A DNA stretch of 15,792 nucleotides, from UHGV virus genome UHGV-1805464. The stretch is one strand, 5' to 3'. Numbering within the stretch: the first letter of the stretch is position 1; each line of letters begins with the position of its first letter. Below, piece by piece: positions 1-10,043 of the stretch. The translations under genes were made by a program, and so were the position numbers. Under the pieces are notes generated by a model that was not told the origin of the DNA, did not search any database, and was given only the letters and a program-made list of their open reading frames with translations. The stretch is from a virus.

Positions 1-309
1 GTTCGCCCGATGTACAGCCTGACGAAAGATGGCTGGATCATGGTTGTGATGGGGTTCACCGGGAAAGCTGCTGCGGCAATCAAGGAGAGCTATATCGCAG
101 CATTCAACTGGATGGCAGAGCAACTGAGCCGCCGCATGGCAATTGGCGAAGAAATGCAGCACCGCTACGCCATCAAAGAAACACGCTCAAAGCTGAAAGG
201 TACGATCGGCAGTCGGTTAATGAACGAACGGAAGAAAGAGAAGCGTGTCCTGGCTGTCGAGCATGAATACATCTTGCAGGTGACACAGCCTGAACTGCTG
301 ATTAATTGA
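1..309 (+). CDS. phage regulatory protein, Rha/antirepressor-like C-terminal region (5'-partial, runs off the window start)
   Basis: Frame is open from nt 1 (no stop in 1-9) to TGA at 307-309. The motif GFTGKAAAAIKESYIAAFNWMAEQ resembles the C-terminal segment of Rha/Ant-type phage regulatory proteins (recalled, not searched). It lies upstream of the terminase genes, as in P22-like phages. Confidence 0.4.
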   Translation, partial: VRPMYSLTKDGWIMVVMGFTGKAAAAIKESYIAAFNWMAEQLSRRMAIGEEMQHRYAIKETRSKLKGTIGSRLMNERKKEKRVLAVEHEYILQVTQPELLIN

Positions 310-609
310 AGATGTCATTACAAAGCCCATCTACGGGTGGGCTTGATAATGAAACCGGAGTTAATTTCTGGTCACTAATTAACGGCAGTACAGCGAAACA
401 ACCCAAGCCAGTAAGTGGGGAAATAACACTGGCAGCCACTGAAAGATGAACCTCCAGCCTTATGGCAAAAAAGATTCTTTGTGGTGGCGGACTGATGGAA
501 AGACATCGGTTATTGCAGAGACCATTCAATGAGTGGTCTCGACAATGGCTTATACCCTACACGGGATAACTTAACTGATATCCCTTTTAACGGATAAACG
601 GAGCCAACA

Positions 610-852
610 ATGGCAGAGATTATTCCCATGACTGAAGAACAGAAATTCCAGTTAGAGATATATAAACTGGTCATGAACCAGAACGCAGCCGCAGAAGAAG
701 CATTTCAGTTCATTGGTACTGACGAGTTGAAGCTTGAGCTATTCAAAATTCACTTCCAGTCAGGTGGCGCTAATTCAGATATCACGACCCGAACTATCGA
801 AGCGGTGCGTAAATCGAAGGAAGCGTTAGACCTGTTCACTACCGGAGCATAA
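610..852 (+). CDS. hypothetical small protein (80 aa) upstream of terS
   Basis: ATG at 610 is preceded by GGAG (600-603) with 6-nt spacing; stop TAA at 850-852 lies 2 nt before the terS start. No recognisable domain. It occupies the slot of the small ORF that precedes the small terminase gene in P22-like genomes. Confidence 0.55.
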   Translation: MAEIIPMTEEQKFQLEIYKLVMNQNAAAEEAFQFIGTDELKLELFKIHFQSGGANSDITTRTIEAVRKSKEALDLFTTGA

Positions 853-854
853 AC

Positions 855-1292
855 ATGGCGCGCCCAACGAAGTATCAAGAGGCGTATGCCGAACAGGCAC
901 GCAAACTGTGCTTGCTGGGCTATACAGACGCCGAACTCGCGGACTTCTTTGAAGTTAGCGAGGCAACAATCAACAATTGGAAATTGGAATATCCGGAGTT
1001 TTTAGAGTCCATAAAAAAGGGTAAGGCCGTCGCTGATGCAGAAGTTAGTGATCGTCTTTATCAACGCGCTATGGGCTTCGTGGCTCCAGACATCGATATT
1101 CGTGTTATTGAAAACAGAATTGTCGAAACTCCGCTTGAGAAGTATTACCCGCCTGATACAACCGCTGCCATCTTCTGGCTTAAGAACCGACAGAAGGATA
1201 AATGGCGCGATAAGCAAGAAGTTGAACACACCGGAGAGGTTAACCTGATTCAGCGCATTCAGGAGGCCAGAAAACGCGCGAGAGGTGAGTAA
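855..1292 (+). CDS. terS: terminase small subunit (TerS) with N-terminal helix-turn-helix
   Basis: 145 aa starting MARPTKYQEAYAEQARKLCLLGYTDAELADFFEVSEATINNWK, the typical HTH DNA-binding N-terminus of small terminases, with a basic C-terminal tail. GGAG at 844-847 precedes the ATG at 855. The stop overlaps the terL start (TAATG at 1290-1294). Confidence 0.85.
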   Translation: MARPTKYQEAYAEQARKLCLLGYTDAELADFFEVSEATINNWKLEYPEFLESIKKGKAVADAEVSDRLYQRAMGFVAPDIDIRVIENRIVETPLEKYYPPDTTAAIFWLKNRQKDKWRDKQEVEHTGEVNLIQRIQEARKRARGE

Positions 1293-2752
1293 TGTCGTCA
1301 GAATTCGAGGCAATGCTTGCCGATGATATGGGGCGATTCTTTTACGATCCGCTTGGCTTCGTTATGTATGCGTTTGATTGGGGAACTGGTGAGCTTGAGG
1401 GCTTTGACGGACCCGATGAATGGCAGAAAGAGTTTCTGACAGATTGGGGAGACGCAATCAGGACTAATAACTTCGACGGTGTTAAACCTGTTGAAGCCTA
1501 TCGTTGCGCTACCAGCTCTGGTCACGGTATCGGTAAAAGTGCTCTAACTGCCTGGGTCATTCTGTACATCCTCAGCACTCGTCCTTTCTGCAAGGGCGTC
1601 GTGACAGCCAATACCTCTGAACAGCTTCGCACCAAAACATGGGGCGAGCTGGGCAAGTGGAAGAAGCGGTGCATCACTGGTCACTGGTTTGAGTACAACA
1701 ACGGCAAAGGCAACATGAACATCTACCATGTGGATCACATGGAATCATGGCGCTGTGACGGCCAGACGTGTCGGGAAGAGAACAGCGAGTCATTTGCTGG
1801 CCTGCATGCAGCTAACTCAAGCCCGTTCTACATCTTCGATGAAGCCTCAGCGGTTCCTGACAAAATTTGGGAAGTAGCAGAGGGCGGCCTTACTGACGGC
1901 GAGCCTTTCTGGTTTGCATTTGGGAACCCGACCCGTAACACCGGTCGATTCCGAGAGTGCTTCCGCAAGTTCAAACACCGATGGCGTCGACGTCAAATTG
2001 ATAGCCGCCTGGCAAAGATGACCAACAAAGAGCTCATCGAAGAGTGGCGCAAGGATTACGGTGAAGACAGCGACTTCTTTAAAGTACGTGTTCGCGGTCT
2101 ATTCCCATCGACATCAGAAGTCCAGTTCATACCTCAGGCATATGTGGATGAGGCCATGTCTCGCACGCTTGAGCCCGGGTCTTACACATTCGCATCCAAA
2201 ATAATCGGCGTTGACCCTGCTTACACAGGTAGTGATGAGGCATCAATTTACCTTCGCCAGGGTCTTCATGCGCGCCTGCTTGGCACCTACCCGAAAACAG
2301 ATGACGACGTTAAGTTCGCGCAAATCGTCGCAGGATTTGAGGATGAGCATAAGGCAGATGCAGTGTTCATAGACTTCGGGTATGGCACCGGAATTCACTC
2401 AATAGGTAGGTCGTGGGGAAGGAAGTGGCAGCTGGTTAACTTTGGGGGTGAATCCAAAGACCCCGGCATGCTGAACAAGCGCGGTGAGATGTGGAACTCA
2501 ATGAAGTCATGGCTCAAAGAAGGGGGAAGTATCGATGATCAGCAAACAGCTGACGAAATCGTTGCTCCTGAGTACAGGGTTAAGCTCGATGGGCGCATCG
2601 TCCTTGAGGCCAAAGAGGACATGAAGCGCCGTGGGGTTCCTTCACCAAACCGCGCTGATGCGTTAGCCCTGACGTTTGCATTCCCGGTAGTCAAAAACAA
2701 ACCAACTAAGCCATTACCGGCTCCAATTCGTCCAATTTCCAGAGGTAGATAA
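1292..2752 (+). CDS. terL: terminase large subunit (TerL), ATPase plus nuclease
   Basis: 486 aa. Walker A-like SGHGIGKSA, Walker B-like FYIFDEAS, and a C-terminal acidic nuclease-type motif [21 protein letters not shown] Shine-Dalgarno upstream. The start overlaps the terS stop and the stop overlaps the portal start (TAATG at 2750-2754). Confidence 0.9.
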   Translation: MSSEFEAMLADDMGRFFYDPLGFVMYAFDWGTGELEGFDGPDEWQKEFLTDWGDAIRTNNFDGVKPVEAYRCATSSGHGIGKSALTAWVILYILSTRPFCKGVVTANTSEQLRTKTWGELGKWKKRCITGHWFEYNNGKGNMNIYHVDHMESWRCDGQTCREENSESFAGLHAANSSPFYIFDEASAVPDKIWEVAEGGLTDGEPFWFAFGNPTRNTGRFRECFRKFKHRWRRRQIDSRLAKMTNKELIEEWRKDYGEDSDFFKVRVRGLFPSTSEVQFIPQAYVDEAMSRTLEPGSYTFASKIIGVDPAYTGSDEASIYLRQGLHARLLGTYPKTDDDVKFAQIVAGFEDEHKADAVFIDFGYGTGIHSIGRSWGRKWQLVNFGGESKDPGMLNKRGEMWNSMKSWLKEGGSIDDQQTADEIVAPEYRVKLDGRIVLEAKEDMKRRGVPSPNRADALALTFAFPVVKNKPTKPLPAPIRPISRGR

Positions 2753-4920
2753 TGGCCGACCAAGACGACAAATTGCGAACCATTCTCCTTCGGTTTGACG
2801 CGGACTGGATGGCGAGCGATGAAGCCAGAACCGAGGCGACAAATGACCTGTATTTTAGCCGAGTGTCGCAATGGGATGACTGGCTATCAAACTACACGAC
2901 CCTGCAATATCGCGGCCAATTCGATGTTGTTCGCCCGGTGGTCAGGAAGCTGGTCGCAGAGATGCGCCGGAACCCTATCGACGTTCTCTTCAGACCAAAA
3001 GACGGCGCTAATCCTGATGCTGCCGATGTGCTGATGGGGATGTATCGTACTGATATGCGCCATAACACGGCAAAAATTGCCGTTAACGTTGGCGTTCGTG
3101 AGCAGATAGAGTCTGGCGTTGGCGCATGGCGTCTGGTCACGCAGTACGAAGACAACGACCCAACAAGCAACAATCAGGTAATCCGACGCCTTCCAATCCA
3201 TGAAGCCTGCTCACACGTCATATGGGACGCCAATAGCAAGCAGATGGATAAGAGCGACGCTAAGCACTGCACGGTGATTAACGCTTTGTCACGCAATGGC
3301 TGGAAAGAGTTCGCAGAGGATTACGGTATTGATCCGGACACCCTGCCATCTTTCCAGAATCCGAACGACACATGGCTGTTTCCGTGGGTATCGAATGATG
3401 TCGTCTACGTCGCTGAGTATTACGAGGTCGAAGAGAAGAAAGAGAAAGTCTTCATCTACCGCGACCCGCTGACAGGTGAGCCGGTCAGCTATTACCAGCA
3501 GGATATCAAAGACGTCATCGACGACCTGGCTAATCGTGGATTCATTAAGGTAGCAGAGCGTAAGGTCAAGCGTCGGCGTGTGTATAAGTCGATCATCACC
3601 TGCACGCAGATACTGAAAGACCGCGAGAAGATAGCCGGAGAGCATATCCCAATCGTTCCTGTGTACGGCGAATGGTCATTCGCTGGTGACAAGGAGTGCT
3701 ACGAGGGCGTGGTAAGGCTGACGAAAGACGGTCAACGCCTTCGTAACATGATCATGTCATTCAACGCCGATATTGTTGCTCGCTCACCGAAGAAGAAACC
3801 GACCTTCTTCCCTGAGCAAATCGAAGGCTACGAATACATGTACGGTGGAAATGATGACTATCCGTACTATCTGCAGAACAGGACCGATGAAAACGGTAGC
3901 GACCTGCCGATTGGTCCAATCTCCTACATGGAAAACCCTGAAGTGCCGCAAGCCAACGCTTACATGCTTGAGGCTGCCACCAACGCAGTGAAAGAAGTGG
4001 CTAGTCTTGGCGTGGATGCGCAGGCGGCAAATGGTCAGGTCGCTTTTGATACCGTCAATCAACTGAACATGCGGGCAGACCTTGAGACATACGTGTTTCA
4101 GGATAACCTGGCTACCGCAATGCGACGTGATGGCGAGATTTATGCCTCAATGGTCAACGATATTTATGACGTTCCTCGTCATGTAACGCTGACACTTGAA
4201 GATGGAAGCGAGAAAGACGTTCAACTCTATGCGCAAGTTGTCGATTACCAGTCCGGCAATGTGGTCACACTCAACGACATTCGCGGTCGCTATGAGTGCT
4301 ATACAGACGTCGGACCATCCTTCCAGAGTATGAAGGAACAGAACCGCGCAGAGATTCAGGAGTTGCTCACCAAGGTTCCGCAAGGTACTCCAGAGTTCCA
4401 GATGCTGATGCTGCAATACTTCACGCTGCTTGACGGTAAAGGAGTCGAGATGATGCGAGAGTACGCGAACAAGCAACTGGTGATGATGGGGCTGAAGAAA
4501 CCAGAAACACCTGAAGAGATGGAGATGGTACAGCAGGCACAACAACAGCCGCAGCAGCCATCAGCAGAGCAAATTCAGGCGCAGGGTATCCTTCTGCAAG
4601 GTCAGGCTGAATTGCTCAAGGCAGAGAACCAACAGGCGCAGATTCAGGTTGAAGCCGCCAAGGTTGAAGCCCAAAACCAACTCAATGCCGCGAAGATTGC
4701 AGAAATCTTCAACAATATGGACCTCGACAAGCAGGCAGAACTGCGTGAGTACCTCAAGCTCGTAGGTCAATTCCAGCAACAGCGCAGCAAAGATGCTCGT
4801 GCTAACGCTGAGCTGCTTCTTAAAGATGCAGACCAGACTCATTCACAACGCATGGATTTCGCGAATCTTATGCGTCAAGTTCAAATCCCCTCCGGCGGAG
4901 TAGCCGAGACACCTCAATAA
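2752..4920 (+). CDS. portal protein (P22 gp1-like)
   Basis: 722 aa (P22 portal is about 725 aa). Long stretches match my recollection of P22 gp1 ([55 protein letters not shown]), plus the Gln-rich C-terminal coiled-coil barrel region. Position is directly after terL. Confidence 0.95.
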   Translation: MADQDDKLRTILLRFDADWMASDEARTEATNDLYFSRVSQWDDWLSNYTTLQYRGQFDVVRPVVRKLVAEMRRNPIDVLFRPKDGANPDAADVLMGMYRTDMRHNTAKIAVNVGVREQIESGVGAWRLVTQYEDNDPTSNNQVIRRLPIHEACSHVIWDANSKQMDKSDAKHCTVINALSRNGWKEFAEDYGIDPDTLPSFQNPNDTWLFPWVSNDVVYVAEYYEVEEKKEKVFIYRDPLTGEPVSYYQQDIKDVIDDLANRGFIKVAERKVKRRRVYKSIITCTQILKDREKIAGEHIPIVPVYGEWSFAGDKECYEGVVRLTKDGQRLRNMIMSFNADIVARSPKKKPTFFPEQIEGYEYMYGGNDDYPYYLQNRTDENGSDLPIGPISYMENPEVPQANAYMLEAATNAVKEVASLGVDAQAANGQVAFDTVNQLNMRADLETYVFQDNLATAMRRDGEIYASMVNDIYDVPRHVTLTLEDGSEKDVQLYAQVVDYQSGNVVTLNDIRGRYECYTDVGPSFQSMKEQNRAEIQELLTKVPQGTPEFQMLMLQYFTLLDGKGVEMMREYANKQLVMMGLKKPETPEEMEMVQQAQQQPQQPSAEQIQAQGILLQGQAELLKAENQQAQIQVEAAKVEAQNQLNAAKIAEIFNNMDLDKQAELREYLKLVGQFQQQRSKDARANAELLLKDADQTHSQRMDFANLMRQVQIPSGGVAETPQ

Positions 4921-4933
4921 GAGAGAGTTAATC

Positions 4934-5845
4934 ATGGACCAAACCACCGACATTCAGGCTTCTGAAGAATTAACCCTGCCCGGCAATCATGCAGCGGCAT
5001 CTGCTGATGGCTTAGTTGTCGATAATGCCAACGACAACGCAGGTCAGGAAGAAGGCTTCGAGATTGTCCTGAAAGACGATGAGAAACCAAAACAAGACCC
5101 GGCAACTAATGCTGAATTTGCCCGTCGCCGCATCGAACGCAAACGCCAGCGCGAGCTTGAGCAGCAGATGGAAGCGGTTAAGCGTGGAGAGTTGCCGGAG
5201 CACCTGCGGGTGAACCCTGAGTTACCAAAACAACCAGACCCTAACGATTATCTTTCCGAAGACGCACTGGCTAAGTACGACTATGACCAGAGCCGCGCAC
5301 TGGCTGCCTTCCAGCATGCAAACAGTGAATGGCAGATCAAGGCTATGGACGCACGAAGCCAGGCTGTAGCCGAGCAGGGCCGCAAAACTCAGGAGTTCAC
5401 CCAGCAATCAGCGCAATACGTCGAGGCAGCCCGTAAGCACTACGACGCAGCGGAAAAGCTCAATATCCCTGACTATCAGGAGAAAGAGGATGCATTCATG
5501 CAACTGGTGCCGCCAGCAGTCGGTGCCGACATCATGCGCCTCTTCCCGGAGAAATCCGCTGCTCTCATGTATCACCTTGGTGCTAATCCTGAGAAGACAC
5601 GCCAGTTGCTGGCGATGGACGGGCAATCCGCGTTGATTGAACTCACTCGACTGTCAGAACGTTTAACTCTCAAGCCTCGAGCCAAACCTGTTTCAGAAGC
5701 CCCGCTACCTGATGAACCCATTCAGGGACACGCTGTTGCTGCAAATATCTCTGCGATTGAAAAGCAGATGGAAGCGGCAGCAAACAAAGGGGATGTAGAG
5801 ACGTACCGCAAGCTTAAGGCGCAACTGAATAAAGGAATTCGATAA
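4934..5845 (+). CDS. scaffolding protein (P22 gp8-like)
   Basis: 303 aa, the same length as P22 gp8. The N-terminus ([39 protein letters not shown]) and C-terminal coat-binding region ([13 protein letters not shown]) match recalled gp8. Stop overlaps the coat start (TAATG at 5843-5847). Confidence 0.93.
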   Translation: MDQTTDIQASEELTLPGNHAAASADGLVVDNANDNAGQEEGFEIVLKDDEKPKQDPATNAEFARRRIERKRQRELEQQMEAVKRGELPEHLRVNPELPKQPDPNDYLSEDALAKYDYDQSRALAAFQHANSEWQIKAMDARSQAVAEQGRKTQEFTQQSAQYVEAARKHYDAAEKLNIPDYQEKEDAFMQLVPPAVGADIMRLFPEKSAALMYHLGANPEKTRQLLAMDGQSALIELTRLSERLTLKPRAKPVSEAPLPDEPIQGHAVAANISAIEKQMEAAANKGDVETYRKLKAQLNKGIR

Positions 5846-7140
5846 TGGCATTAAATGAAGGTCAACTGGTCACGTATGCTCTGGATGAAATCATCGAAAC
5901 CGTCCAGAATCTGACGCCAATGGCGTCCAAAGTGACAAAATACACCCCTCCGGCAGAGTCCATGCAACGTTCAAGCAACACCGTGTGGATGCCTGTTGAG
6001 CAGGAAGCGCCAACTCAGACTGGCTGGGATTTAACTGGCAACGCAACCGGGATTCTGGAACTCTCCGTGAAATGCAACATGGGCGATCCGGATAACGATT
6101 TCTTCGAGCTTCGTGCAGATGACCTGCGTGATGAGCGTTCTTACCGTCGTCGCATCCAGGCATCCGCCAAAAAACTGGCGAATAACATTGAGTCAGCAAT
6201 TGCCAAACAGGCAACTGAAATGGGCTCGCTTGTTGTTCACGATACCCGCGCAATTGGTCCATCTACTGGCCTGTCTGGCTGGGATTTTGTGTCTGATGCA
6301 GAGCGCCTGATGTTCTCCCGTGAGCTAAACCGCGATATGGGCATCAGTTACTTCCTGAACCCTGACGATTACCGCAAAGCAGGCCGCAACCTGGTAGATG
6401 GTGACATCTTCGGGCGCGTTACTGAAGACGCGTATCACAACGGTACTATTCAGCGTCAGATTGCTGGCTTTGATGAAATTCTTCGCTCACCGAAACTTCC
6501 CGCAGTTACCAAGTCAACCGCTACTGGTGTAACTGTTTCTGGTGCGCAGAAGTTTAAGCCGCAGGCATACACCCTTGATACCGATGGTAACAAAGAGAAC
6601 GTCGATAACCGTGTTGCAACGGTGACCGTATCCTCCACCACCGGATTTAAGCGCGGCGACAAAATCAGCTTCACTGGTGTGAAATTCCTGTCTCAGATGG
6701 CGAAGAACGTGCTGACTGATGATGCGACTTTCTCAATCACCCGTGTGATCGATGGTACTCACATCGAAATCACGCCGAAGCCGATTGCGCTGGATGACGC
6801 GTCACTGACAAAAGAAGAGAAGGCTTACGCTAACGTAAACACCCATCTTGCTGATGCCACTCCGGTAAACGTTCTGAACGTGGCAACAACCACCGCTAAC
6901 GTGTTCTGGGCTGATGACTCAATCCGTCTGCTGTCTCAGCCGATCCCGGTAACCCATGAACTGTTTGCTGGCATGAAAACTTCTTCCTTCAGCATTCCTG
7001 GTATTGGTGTTAACGGCATCTTCGCAACGCAGGGTGATATCAATACTCTGTCTGGTAAGTGCCGTATTGCTGTGTGGTATTCAGCATGTGCTGTACGACC
7101 AGAGGCAATTGGTGTTGGTCTGCCTAACCAGACCGCGTGA
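5845..7140 (+). CDS. major capsid (coat) protein (P22 gp5-like, HK97 fold with insertion domain)
   Basis: 431 aa (P22 gp5 is 430 aa). MALNEGQ N-terminus, [24 protein letters not shown] and GIFATQGDI segments match recalled P22 coat. AAGGA Shine-Dalgarno upstream. Confidence 0.95.
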   Translation: MALNEGQLVTYALDEIIETVQNLTPMASKVTKYTPPAESMQRSSNTVWMPVEQEAPTQTGWDLTGNATGILELSVKCNMGDPDNDFFELRADDLRDERSYRRRIQASAKKLANNIESAIAKQATEMGSLVVHDTRAIGPSTGLSGWDFVSDAERLMFSRELNRDMGISYFLNPDDYRKAGRNLVDGDIFGRVTEDAYHNGTIQRQIAGFDEILRSPKLPAVTKSTATGVTVSGAQKFKPQAYTLDTDGNKENVDNRVATVTVSSTTGFKRGDKISFTGVKFLSQMAKNVLTDDATFSITRVIDGTHIEITPKPIALDDASLTKEEKAYANVNTHLADATPVNVLNVATTTANVFWADDSIRLLSQPIPVTHELFAGMKTSSFSIPGIGVNGIFATQGDINTLSGKCRIAVWYSACAVRPEAIGVGLPNQTA

Positions 7141-7148
7141 TAACCAGA

Positions 7149-7170
7149 GGGAGCTTCGGCTCCCTTTTTT
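7149..7170 (+). terminator. intrinsic terminator immediately after the coat gene
   Basis: Perfect 6-bp GC-rich stem GGGAGC (7149-7154) / GCTCCC (7159-7164) with a stable TTCG tetraloop, followed by a T6 run (7165-7170). It starts 9 nt after the coat stop. Confidence 0.75.
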
Positions 7171-7184
7171 ATCTGGAGACAAGC

Positions 7185-7445
7185 ATGACACACATGATCT
7201 TTCGTCATGGAGACATGAAGAAGTGGAAAGGCGTTGGATACGACTTTGAAATCGTGAAAGCCGAAGAGCTTCAGGAATATCTGGATGCTGGCTGGTTTGC
7301 ACATCCCGATGACCTTCTGAAGGATGTTGCAGAGTCAGAGTCAGAGCCAGAGCCAGAGCCAGAGCCAGAGCCAGAAGAAAAACAGCGTAAAAAGCCTGGT
7401 CGAAAACCTAAGGCGGCAGCAGATGAACCTGACAACGAAGGGTGA
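7185..7445 (+). CDS. hypothetical small protein (86 aa) with acidic SE/PE repeat linker and basic AT-hook-like tail
   Basis: ATG at 7185 is preceded by GGAG (7175-7178) with 6-nt spacing, just downstream of the coat terminator. The protein ends ...[37 protein letters not shown]. The ORF track starts this frame at GTG 7137, but that codon overlaps the coat stop and the terminator, so ATG 7185 is preferred. The 3' end overlaps the gp4 start by 23 nt. Confidence 0.55.
   Translation: MTHMIFRHGDMKKWKGVGYDFEIVKAEELQEYLDAGWFAHPDDLLKDVAESESEPEPEPEPEPEEKQRKKPGRKPKAAADEPDNEG
7332..7373 (+). repeat. in-frame tandem hexanucleotide repeat, (GAGTCA)2(GAGCCA)5
   Basis: Direct reading: two GAGTCA units (7332-7343) followed by five perfect GAGCCA units (7344-7373). 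It encodes the [14 protein letters not shown] tract of the 7185-7445 ORF. Confidence 0.9.
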
Positions 7446-7923
7446 TTTAGTCCTTGCAGCATTACGTAAGCTCGGTGTTGCATCAAATGCCACGTTAACC
7501 GATGTCGAACCGCAGTCTATGGAAGACGGCGTCAACGACCTTGAAATGATGATGGCTGAATGGCTTGGCGGTGATGCGTCACCTGGTATCAACGTTGGCT
7601 ACATTTTTGCTGATGCAGATGTTGCTCCGGATCCTGGCGATGAGCACGGATTATCAAATAACGCTATAAATGCCGTCATTTTCAACCTTGCCTGCCGCAT
7701 TGCTCCAGATTATGCGCTGGAAGCGCCAGCAAAACTTATAACCACTGCCAGATACGGGAAAGAGCGACTCGTCAAACTGTCTGCAATGGACAGAGCAAAA
7801 GCCGCTAAATGTAAGTCCGGTTATCCAAACCGTATGCCTGTTGGTAGCGGTAACCAGTTGGCGAAGTGGAATGGTTGGAATTACTTCCACCGGAAGGAAC
7901 CTTGCGATAACGGGGGCGAATAA
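7423..7923 (+). CDS. head-completion / tail accessory factor (P22 gp4-like)
   Basis: 166 aa from ATG 7423 ([33 protein letters not shown]...), the same length as P22 gp4 and with a closely similar recalled sequence ([14 protein letters not shown]). The longer ORF from 7324 (MLQSQSQSQ...) is just this frame read through the hexanucleotide repeat. Confidence 0.9.
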   Translation: MNLTTKGDLVLAALRKLGVASNATLTDVEPQSMEDGVNDLEMMMAEWLGGDASPGINVGYIFADADVAPDPGDEHGLSNNAINAVIFNLACRIAPDYALEAPAKLITTARYGKERLVKLSAMDRAKAAKCKSGYPNRMPVGSGNQLAKWNGWNYFHRKEPCDNGGE

Positions 7924-9342
7924 ATGCCGATTCAGCAACTTCCGCTTATGAAAGGTGTCGGCAAAGACTTTCGAAACGCCGACTATATCGACTATCTCCC
8001 AGTGAATATGCTGGCTACACCCAAAGAAATCCTGAACAGCAGCGGATATCTTCGCTCATTCCCGGGCATTGCCAAACGTTCTGATGTGAACGGTATATCT
8101 CGAGGCGTCGAGTACAACATGGCGCAGAGTGCTGTTTATCGCGTGTGTGGTGGCAAACTGTACAAAGGAGAAAGTGAAGTCGGTGATGTTGCCGGAAGTG
8201 GTCGCGTATCAATGGCGCATGGTCGGACATCACAGGCGGTAGGCGTTAATGGTCAACTGATCGAGTATCGTTATGATGGCACGGTTAAAACCGTCTCAAA
8301 CTGGCCTACGGACAGCGGATTCACGCAGTATGAGTTAGGTTCGGTTCGTGACATTACGCGCTTGCGTGGGCGTTATGCGTGGTCAAAAGACGGCACTGAT
8401 TCATGGTTTATCACTGACCTTGAAGACGAATCGCATCCTGACCGTTACAGCGCACAATATCGCGCAGAATCGCAGCCGGACGGCATCATCGGTATCGGCA
8501 CATGGCGAGACTTCATCGTCTGCTTTGGTTCATCAACGATTGAATATTTCTCCCTGACTGGTGCAACCACTGTTGGTGCCGCGTTGTATGTCGCACAGCC
8601 ATCGCTGATGGTGCAGAAAGGCATTGCCGGAACTTACTGCAAAACGCCGTTTGCTGATTCCTATGCGTTCATCAGCAATCCGGCAACGGGTGCGCCGTCT
8701 GTATACATCATCGGCTCCGGTCAGGTGTCACCAATCGCCAGCGCGAGCATTGAGAAAATCCTCCGCTCCTACACTGCTGATGAACTGGCTGATGGTGTGA
8801 TGGAATCGCTGCGATTTGATGCTCATGAGTTGCTGATTATCCACCTTCCGCGCCATGTTCTCGTGTACGACGCATCTTCAAGCGCCAATGGTCCGCAATG
8901 GTGTGTGCTGAAAACAGGTCTGTATGACGATGTGTACCGCGCTATCGACTTCATTTACGAAGGCAATCAGATAACGTGCGGCGATAAACTGGAGTCCGTG
9001 ACCGGGAAATTGCAATTCGACATCAGCAGCCAGTACGACAAGCAACAGGAACACCTGCTGTTTACTCCACTGTTCAAAGCGGATAACGCCAGAGTTTTCG
9101 ACCTTGAAGTTGAATCGTCAACTGGAGTTGCGCAGTACGCTGACCGCCTGTTCCTCTCTGCAACCACTGACGGCATCAATTACGGACGTGAGCAGATGAT
9201 TGAGCAGAATGAACCGTTCGTTTACGACAAACGTGTTTTGTGGAAGCGAGTCGGGCGCATCAGGAAAAATGTCGGCTTCAAATTGCGCGTTATCACGAAG
9301 TCACCTGTCACTCTGTCTGGCGCTCAGATAAGGATTGAGTAA
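7924..9342 (+). CDS. tail accessory factor / tail hub protein (P22 gp10-like)
   Basis: 472 aa, the same length as P22 gp10, with a near-identical recalled N-terminus ([46 protein letters not shown]). ATG directly follows the gp4 stop (TAAATG). Confidence 0.93.
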   Translation: MPIQQLPLMKGVGKDFRNADYIDYLPVNMLATPKEILNSSGYLRSFPGIAKRSDVNGISRGVEYNMAQSAVYRVCGGKLYKGESEVGDVAGSGRVSMAHGRTSQAVGVNGQLIEYRYDGTVKTVSNWPTDSGFTQYELGSVRDITRLRGRYAWSKDGTDSWFITDLEDESHPDRYSAQYRAESQPDGIIGIGTWRDFIVCFGSSTIEYFSLTGATTVGAALYVAQPSLMVQKGIAGTYCKTPFADSYAFISNPATGAPSVYIIGSGQVSPIASASIEKILRSYTADELADGVMESLRFDAHELLIIHLPRHVLVYDASSSANGPQWCVLKTGLYDDVYRAIDFIYEGNQITCGDKLESVTGKLQFDISSQYDKQQEHLLFTPLFKADNARVFDLEVESSTGVAQYADRLFLSATTDGINYGREQMIEQNEPFVYDKRVLWKRVGRIRKNVGFKLRVITKSPVTLSGAQIRIE

Positions 9343-10043
9343 TGGCGGATTCGAATCTCAATGTGCCGGTAATCATTCAGGCTACACGGCTCGACACATC
9401 AGTCCTTCCACGCAATATCTTCTCGCAGTCGTATCTGCTTTACGTTATCGCACAGGGCACTGACGTTGGTAACGTGGCTAACAAGGCCAACGAGGCCGGA
9501 CAGGGCGCTTATGATGCACAGGTCAGGAATGATGAGCAGGATGTTATTCTGGTCGATCACGAAGAAAGAATTCGTCAGCTCCGCATCGACGTAGACGACC
9601 ATGAAATCCGTATTACTGCAAATACCAATGCAATCGCGTCGCTGGATGTCAGACTAACCACGGCTGAAGGTGAAATAGTCACCTTGCAGGCTGATGTCAG
9701 TGCTCTTGATGGTAGAGTGACGGAGGCTGAAGGAAATATTTCTGCATTGCAGAACGATTACGTATCGAAAACAGCAACAGCAACACAATCGCTGGCATCC
9801 CCCCTCAACGTAACAACATCCTATTCAGTCGGCGGCACCAAGGTTATCGGTGCTCGTCAGACAGGATGGACAGCGGCAACCGGAACGGCACTCCTCGGCG
9901 CATTCAACGCTAACCAGTCATACACTGTCGGCACTACGTACACGCAATCCGAAGTCGCAGCACTCGCTACAGGTTTGCAGCAGGCGCGGCAGCGTATTCT
10001 GGCGCTTGAAACGGCACTTAGATTACATGGGCTGATTGACTGA
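9342..10043 (+). CDS. tail needle / plug protein (P22 gp26-like trimeric coiled coil)
   Basis: 233 aa, the same length as P22 gp26. The N-terminus ([21 protein letters not shown]) and the heptad-repeat coiled-coil region match recalled gp26. Start overlaps the gp10 stop (TAATG); stop overlaps the next start (TGATG). Confidence 0.93.
   Translation: MADSNLNVPVIIQATRLDTSVLPRNIFSQSYLLYVIAQGTDVGNVANKANEAGQGAYDAQVRNDEQDVILVDHEERIRQLRIDVDDHEIRITANTNAIASLDVRLTTAEGEIVTLQADVSALDGRVTEAEGNISALQNDYVSKTATATQSLASPLNVTTSYSVGGTKVIGARQTGWTAATGTALLGAFNANQSYTVGTTYTQSEVAALATGLQQARQRILALETALRLHGLID

Noticed and set aside
302-529. 75-aa minus-strand ORF in the intergenic region
   Set aside because: It is low-complexity (Pro/Cys/Ser-rich), has no ribosome-binding site, and overlaps the hairpins, so it is more likely non-coding. 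The region is reported as a finding instead.
4540-4800. Gln/Ala-rich repetitive-looking stretch at the portal 3' end
   Set aside because: This is the known C-terminal coiled-coil barrel region of P22-type portals (QQAQQQPQQ...[25 protein letters not shown]), not a DNA repeat element or separate gene.
2539-4842. Several minus-strand ORFs of 60-130 aa inside the terL and portal genes (for example 2887-3201, 3289-3645, 4147-4545, 4561-4842)
   Set aside because: They are antisense shadow ORFs within strongly supported + strand genes, with no start or ribosome-binding signals and biased composition.
7137-7184. GTG start at 7137 for the small ORF after coat
   Set aside because: The GTG overlaps the coat stop codon and the N-terminal extension is the translation of the terminator hairpin. 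ATG 7185 with a properly spaced GGAG is the better start.
7324-7923. 199-aa ORF beginning [11 protein letters not shown]
   Set aside because: This is the gp4 frame extended upstream through the hexanucleotide repeat. The gp4 homology begins at ATG 7423 (MNLTTKGD...), which has its own AAGG ribosome-binding site.
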